DNA from: Macrostomum lignano
Taxonomy: Eukaryota
Length of the DNA stretch: 64,000 nt
Reading direction: 5' to 3'
Assembly (NCBI GenBank): GCA_002269645.1
Contig: NIVC01000293.1
Location: forward strand, 310,001-374,000
Under the pieces are notes generated by a model, which worked only from the letters and a program-made list of their open reading frames with translations, ran no database searches and had not been told where the DNA came from. Shown here one piece after another: positions 59,233 through 64,000 of this stretch. Both the position numbers and the translations under genes were made by a program. Numbering within the stretch: position 1 is the first letter of the stretch; every line of letters starts with the position of its first letter.

Positions 59233-62141
59233 CCCAGTGAAAAAAATGATATGGATTCCATGTGGATTTTTCATATGAAATCCATATGTGCATTTGTCTC
59301 CGTCCATCCATGTGGAATCAAGATATGGATTCCACATGGAAGATCCATATGGAAGTAATTATGTATTTCACATAGAATCCACATTGTCATTGAATAAGCA
59401 GCCATTATACTGGTTGCCATAATAAATTGTTGCATCCTAAATCTCAAAATAATACCAGATCTCAAAATTTCATACGAACCCCAGATCTCAATACCATATA
59501 AAAGAAACTGAAACACAGATAAAACACTAGCTATAGCCAAAAATATTTCTGCACAAAAATTCAAAATTCAATATTCAAAAACGATGTAAGGTGTATTTAT
59601 GTACAGTAGTGAGTCACTGGCACACAAAGAATAAACACACTGATGTAAATATTGATATCTTTAGAGTTGCACTGCGCATATGATATAATATATAATTTGA
59701 AATTGACATTGTCAATAGCATTAATTAACAATAATATAATGCATCAGAATTAGAACAGTCAGAAACATGCTGCTGCCAATTGCCAGAATGCTGCTTCTTC
59801 AGGTCAGGTGAGCAACCTTAGAAAAGAAAGGGGTTAAATTACAGAATTTTATAACAGATTGATGACAGATTTTGTAATAGATTTTGATAGATTTTGATGA
59901 CAGAAAAAAATAAGTTTATAACTAAAACTTACCATTGCTTCACAAAAGGTAGCATTTGAGATATTAAATTCAAATTCCAAGTAGCTTTGCAAGCTTCTTC
60001 AAATGCAAGACCAAGGTGACATCCAAGTTTGAGGATGGGTCATGTAATGTTAGGCTGAAATGAAATAGAAAAATAATTGTTGCCAATTAAGATTGATAAA
60101 TAATATTGATATAATTCATAAAACTAATTTAATGATGAATACTTATAAAATAAAATAAAGTTTATTTTAAAATTAACTAGGCCTAAGTCCTAGGTTTATT
60201 TTTTAAGCGCAAAGTGTGCATATGCACCCTAAATTTAAAAATTGCACCTTGAAAATTGAAATTAAAAAGTTGATGATGCAGTTTAGGTGTGATCTCACTA
60301 CCTATTTTTCTATTGAAGCCTTTTTTGCACTGCCTTTATATAAGAAAAAAGAGAAACTGCATTTTAAGCCTTAAAATCATAAAACCCTAAAAGTGAGCAT
60401 AGGGTATGATTTTGCACCTTGTCTCTAGCAAAAAAGAAAACCCTACCCAAGTCAATCAATAAAATTAAATTAATAAAATTAAAATAATAAGTACAAAAAA
60501 TTAATATATGTTTCTATAAATTTAATTTTTTATTTTAAAATTGATTTTAGACTATAAAGTATTTAGGCAAAGCAATGCATGTTTTTTTTATATTTGCGGG
60601 CCTATTATGATTAAAAGGGGGGCTGTAGCCAAGCGGTAGCACAGCTGCTCTGGTGTGCCAGCGACCTAGGCTCGATTCTAAGTGCAGTCACATTAATTTG
60701 GGGCTGAATTGGAATCTTGGCTTGGCTCTCTGCTTGTGCAATTAATGGCCTTGAGAGCCAACCCCCAAGGCACAATGAAGTATACATGCCTAACAATAAA
60801 TAAAGTTAGGGCCACTGTACACTCCTGTGTAAATGTGCCTGCATATGTATCCGCACGCTTGTGTGCCTACTCAAGGGAGTTAGTGGAATGGGCAGCAATG
60901 CCTCTCGCCAGTTGTATGCCTATGTCGCTTAACGTGTGCCAGGGTGCACACAACCCCCTGCCTCTAATAAAAAAAATAGTATGATTAAACATTAGGCCTA
61001 ATCTTAAAAGCTATGCCCTATAGCTATTAAATTCTAGACTTGGCCTAAATCAGATCAAATTTACAATAATCATTATTTATTTATAATAGCAACCTTAGGG
61101 ATCTGCTAGGCTAGCTATGCCAAAAACAGGTTGCAAGTGTAATTGCAAAGAATTATTTATAATGATTAATAATATTGTTTTTAAAATGCAACAAGTCTAA
61201 AAGATGCTAACAGGCTTTTTTGAAGAAAATCATAAATGAATAGATTTTTAACAGATTAACTAGATTGACTAGTCACAATTCACAAAGTCAAGCTAGTCTT
61301 AACCTTAATTAAAATAGAAGGACCTAAATTGATAGTTATAGGCCTAGGCCTAGCTTAAAATAGGCCTAATAAGCATACATAAATAGATAAGACTAATAGG
61401 TAGGACTAAGAGGAAATTATGAACTTCTAAAGGACTATTTAAGTTTAAAAATGAGTAGCCAATCTATGGACATGGCCATGGGATTCCTAGAAATTGGATA
61501 AGCCTAAATAAATTTATCATGGATGGATTTTACCAAAAGTATTAGGCCTATGATGAAATACTGATTTATCTAATTTCTAATCCCATGGAGGCCATGGCCT
61601 TATAAGTTATTGCCTATAGGCTACGTCTACTAAAATTTTTAAGGTGCTTAAATAGCCATAAACAAGGCAATTTATCTTTCAAGGCCTTGAACCAAGACAT
61701 TGACGAATATAAAATAAAATAAATTTAATTTTAAAAAGCACGAAACGTTTTTTATTGTTCACTTCTATTTTGTCTATTTTAACAAACAGTATCTTATTTT
61801 CTGATTATAATTTAGCTTTAAGATATTAATTTTTACTTAAAAGCATATAAATATAATAATTAATTATAGTATTCAGACGTAAAAACGTCTGAATGTGGTG
61901 TATCACAGTTTTTTTATCGAAGTGGATTCCATGTTGAATCAATATACGCTTATTTCTCATGAATTCCTTGTAAAATCCACATCAACATTAGGACAGTAAA
62001 AATTAAAAAATAGTGCATAAAAATACTTTGCATACCATTATGTCATCTTTAAGTCATTAATTTGCAAAAATTAAAGAAACATTTAAATTCCACATGGCCA
62101 CGTGGAACCCACGTGGAATCCATGAATCATTTTTCACTGGG
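59233..62141. mobile_element. Non-autonomous EnSpm/CACTA-type element, 2909 bp
   Basis: Termini CCCAGTGAAAAA / TTTTTCACTGGG, 2-bp TSD TT, and subterminal GTGGAATCC/GGATTCCAC repeats at both ends. Confidence 0.85.
60617..60976 (+). mobile_element. tRNA-derived SINE
   Basis: A box TAGCCAAGCGG, B-box-like GGCTCGATTCT, 3' AATAAAAAAAA, and 13-bp TSD TA(T/G)TATGATTAAA. Confidence 0.8.
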
Positions 62142-62956
62142 TTATCCCTAGGAAAAGCGTCTAGCGAATTTGCCTAAGCTAGTTCGTCTAGGAAAAGCAT
62201 CTAGGAATCTAGCCTTTGCTCGAAGCCAAGCAGGCGGTCTCGGATCGAGAATGAGATCGTCTCCTGAACGAGGATGGTCTCTTCGGGCCCTCACCTATTC
62301 TGTATTTATACTAAAATTCGGGGGTCTCAGGGCCAATGGGAAGCTCAGAGGCAGTTTCGTGGCAGATCCCATGGCAGTTCCGTGGACTACCCGGAGCCAG
62401 GAGCGATCTTGGAGATGTCCATAAGACATCTGCCTCATCATGCAGCCTCCGCATGGCCTGCTGGTACACTGCTTGCATGTTGCGGCATGCAAGGAGTGCA
62501 CCAAGACCCCACGAGAGCCTACCCCGGGCGGAGAGCTATGCTCTCACTCCCGCTGACTAAATAAGCCTGTACTAAGGGAGAAATGTCCCACTGACTAATG
62601 TTTCTATTTTTAGCCCATTGCAGACTGCGCCAGGGGGAGAGGGGGAGAGAGTTTCTCTCCCTGTCCCGCGACAGCTGCACATCTGAGCCTGCACAAGGAA
62701 GAGGGGGAAAGGACAGCCCTATGCCCAGCTCCCACTGCTGCAGCCCAAGCACTAACTGACTACGGGGGGATCCCAGGAGCAGCCTATGCTAGCTATGCTG
62801 GATCACCACACAACCCTTTGCAGTCCAAGTTTTATGCATCATCAACAATGAGCAGCGAAATGCGCTACCCTTAGATTCGATGGAATGGACCACATCCGGG
62901 TTCAATATGGTATCACTACCCGCCTGCGAGCTGCATCGCTGAACAAGTGTTTTAAA

Positions 62957-63218
62957 TGTTGTGCATTGAGAGAATGCCTCCTATCAACGCGCGCATTGAT
63001 GTACTACTATTACGAGTAATTCTCTTACTGACTCTCTCGTTCCCTTCAAGTTTCGCTTTTTGTCTATGTCCTATCTCTCTACAGGCATTCGTATATTTTA
63101 GAGCACCGCTCTCTTGTTTGTTTCCTAAAAGCATGTTTGAGCCTTAAGGCAATATAGAAAACAATAAAGTGCATCAACATTAACGCTGCTCTAAGTCTTT
63201 GGAGAAGAGTCCACGTTC
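62957..63218 (+). mobile_element. Probable 5' LTR of a Gypsy element (3' limit 63179-63218 uncertain)
   Basis: Starts TGTTGTGCA, AATAAA at 63163, TGCATCAACA at 63170-63179, and degenerate PBS-like TGACGACAG just before gag. Confidence 0.55.
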
Positions 63219-63243
63219 TGACGACAGTGCATGAGCCACTTCA

Positions 63244-64000
63244 ATGGCGTCGCGACTGAACGAGTTGCAACTCGAGAAACCCGAGCGGGCTCTGACCTGG
63301 CTGAAGGCTTTCCAGGCGTTGGCCCGTGCGAAAGGCTGGAAGGATGAAGGCAACGATTTTGCAATTGCGAACAATTTCCTGGCTACATGTGGCCTCAGTG
63401 CCTTTGAGAAATTAGAAAGCCTGGTGGCTCCAAAAAAATCGAGACTTTGAAGTTTGCGGATCTAGAAAAAGCACTTCTCTCGTATCTCCGACCGAAGGAG
63501 AAACTGACTGTTGCGGAACGCACGCGGTTTTTTCATGTGCGTCAGCGGCCTGATGAAACGGTTTGCGATTTTCTCTCGCGCCTTCGCACTGCGGCCACGG
63601 ACTGCAAGTTTGACGAATTGCGGTCTTGTGCAAGTCCTGCCGAGGAGCTGATTCGACTGGCTTTGATTTCGGGAATGCGAGATCATCGGACTCAACAGCG
63701 TATTTTAGAAACAATGCAAACTGACGACATGTCAATTGAAGACATTGGGGATTTTGTCCGCAACCAGGAGCAAGTGGCTGCTTTTATTGTCTCTACCGGT
63801 GCGGATGCCAATAGCGTTCAATCTAACAGTGCTACTGCCTCTACGAGCATTTCCTCTGCAGCTACGGATGCTGGCACATTGCATTATTCCCAGGCCAGCC
63901 ACACAAAGAAATCAGATGGCTATAAACGTGTTGTTACGGACTGCAGGTTCTGTGGGAAATCACACCCGCAAGGCAAGTGCCCGGCATTTGGTAAGACATG
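63244..64000 (+). CDS. Gypsy (Ty3) gag, runs off the window; -1 frameshift in the A7 run near 63433-63439
   Basis: NNFLATCGLSAFEKLESLVAPKK/IETLKFADL...YLRPKEKLTVAERTRFFHVRQRPDETVCDFLSRLRTAATDCKF...LISGMRD...CRFCGKSHPQGKCPAFGKT. Confidence 0.9.

Noticed and set aside
60617-60695. Functional tRNA gene
   Set aside because: The B box and acceptor stem are degenerate, and it is part of a TSD-flanked SINE.

Overview
This is eukaryotic DNA, probably from an invertebrate (GT-AG introns, AT-rich spacers, microsatellites). The window is almost entirely nested transposable elements, and I see no clear housekeeping host gene. In order along the window: (1) two near-identical tandem Helitron units (period about 7.39 kb) encoding a spliced, N-truncated RepHel and ending in a cassette bounded by two inverted Helitron 3' ends; (2) a mini-Helitron and a mariner relic; (3) a hidden three-exon Gly-rich/CCHC-knuckle/Ala-rich gene; (4) an EnSpm/CACTA relic interrupted by a complete PIF/Harbinger element; (5) LINE, knuckle plus cold-shock-domain, and P/THAP9 fragments; (6) a decayed Polinton/Maverick-like region of about 15 kb with an rve integrase, a PLA2-like domain and three paralogous unknown genes, carrying a nested P-type MITE and an intact hAT element; (7) a RING pseudogene, MITEs and a PHD-bearing MULE derivative; (8) a 7.5-kb non-coding foldback element with 2.7-2.95 kb arms, AC...GT termini and a 6-bp TSD, splitting a decayed LINE; (9) a non-autonomous EnSpm element containing a tRNA-derived SINE; (10) the 5' end of a Gypsy LTR element. 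All family assignments come from motif recognition by eye, and no database searches were run.
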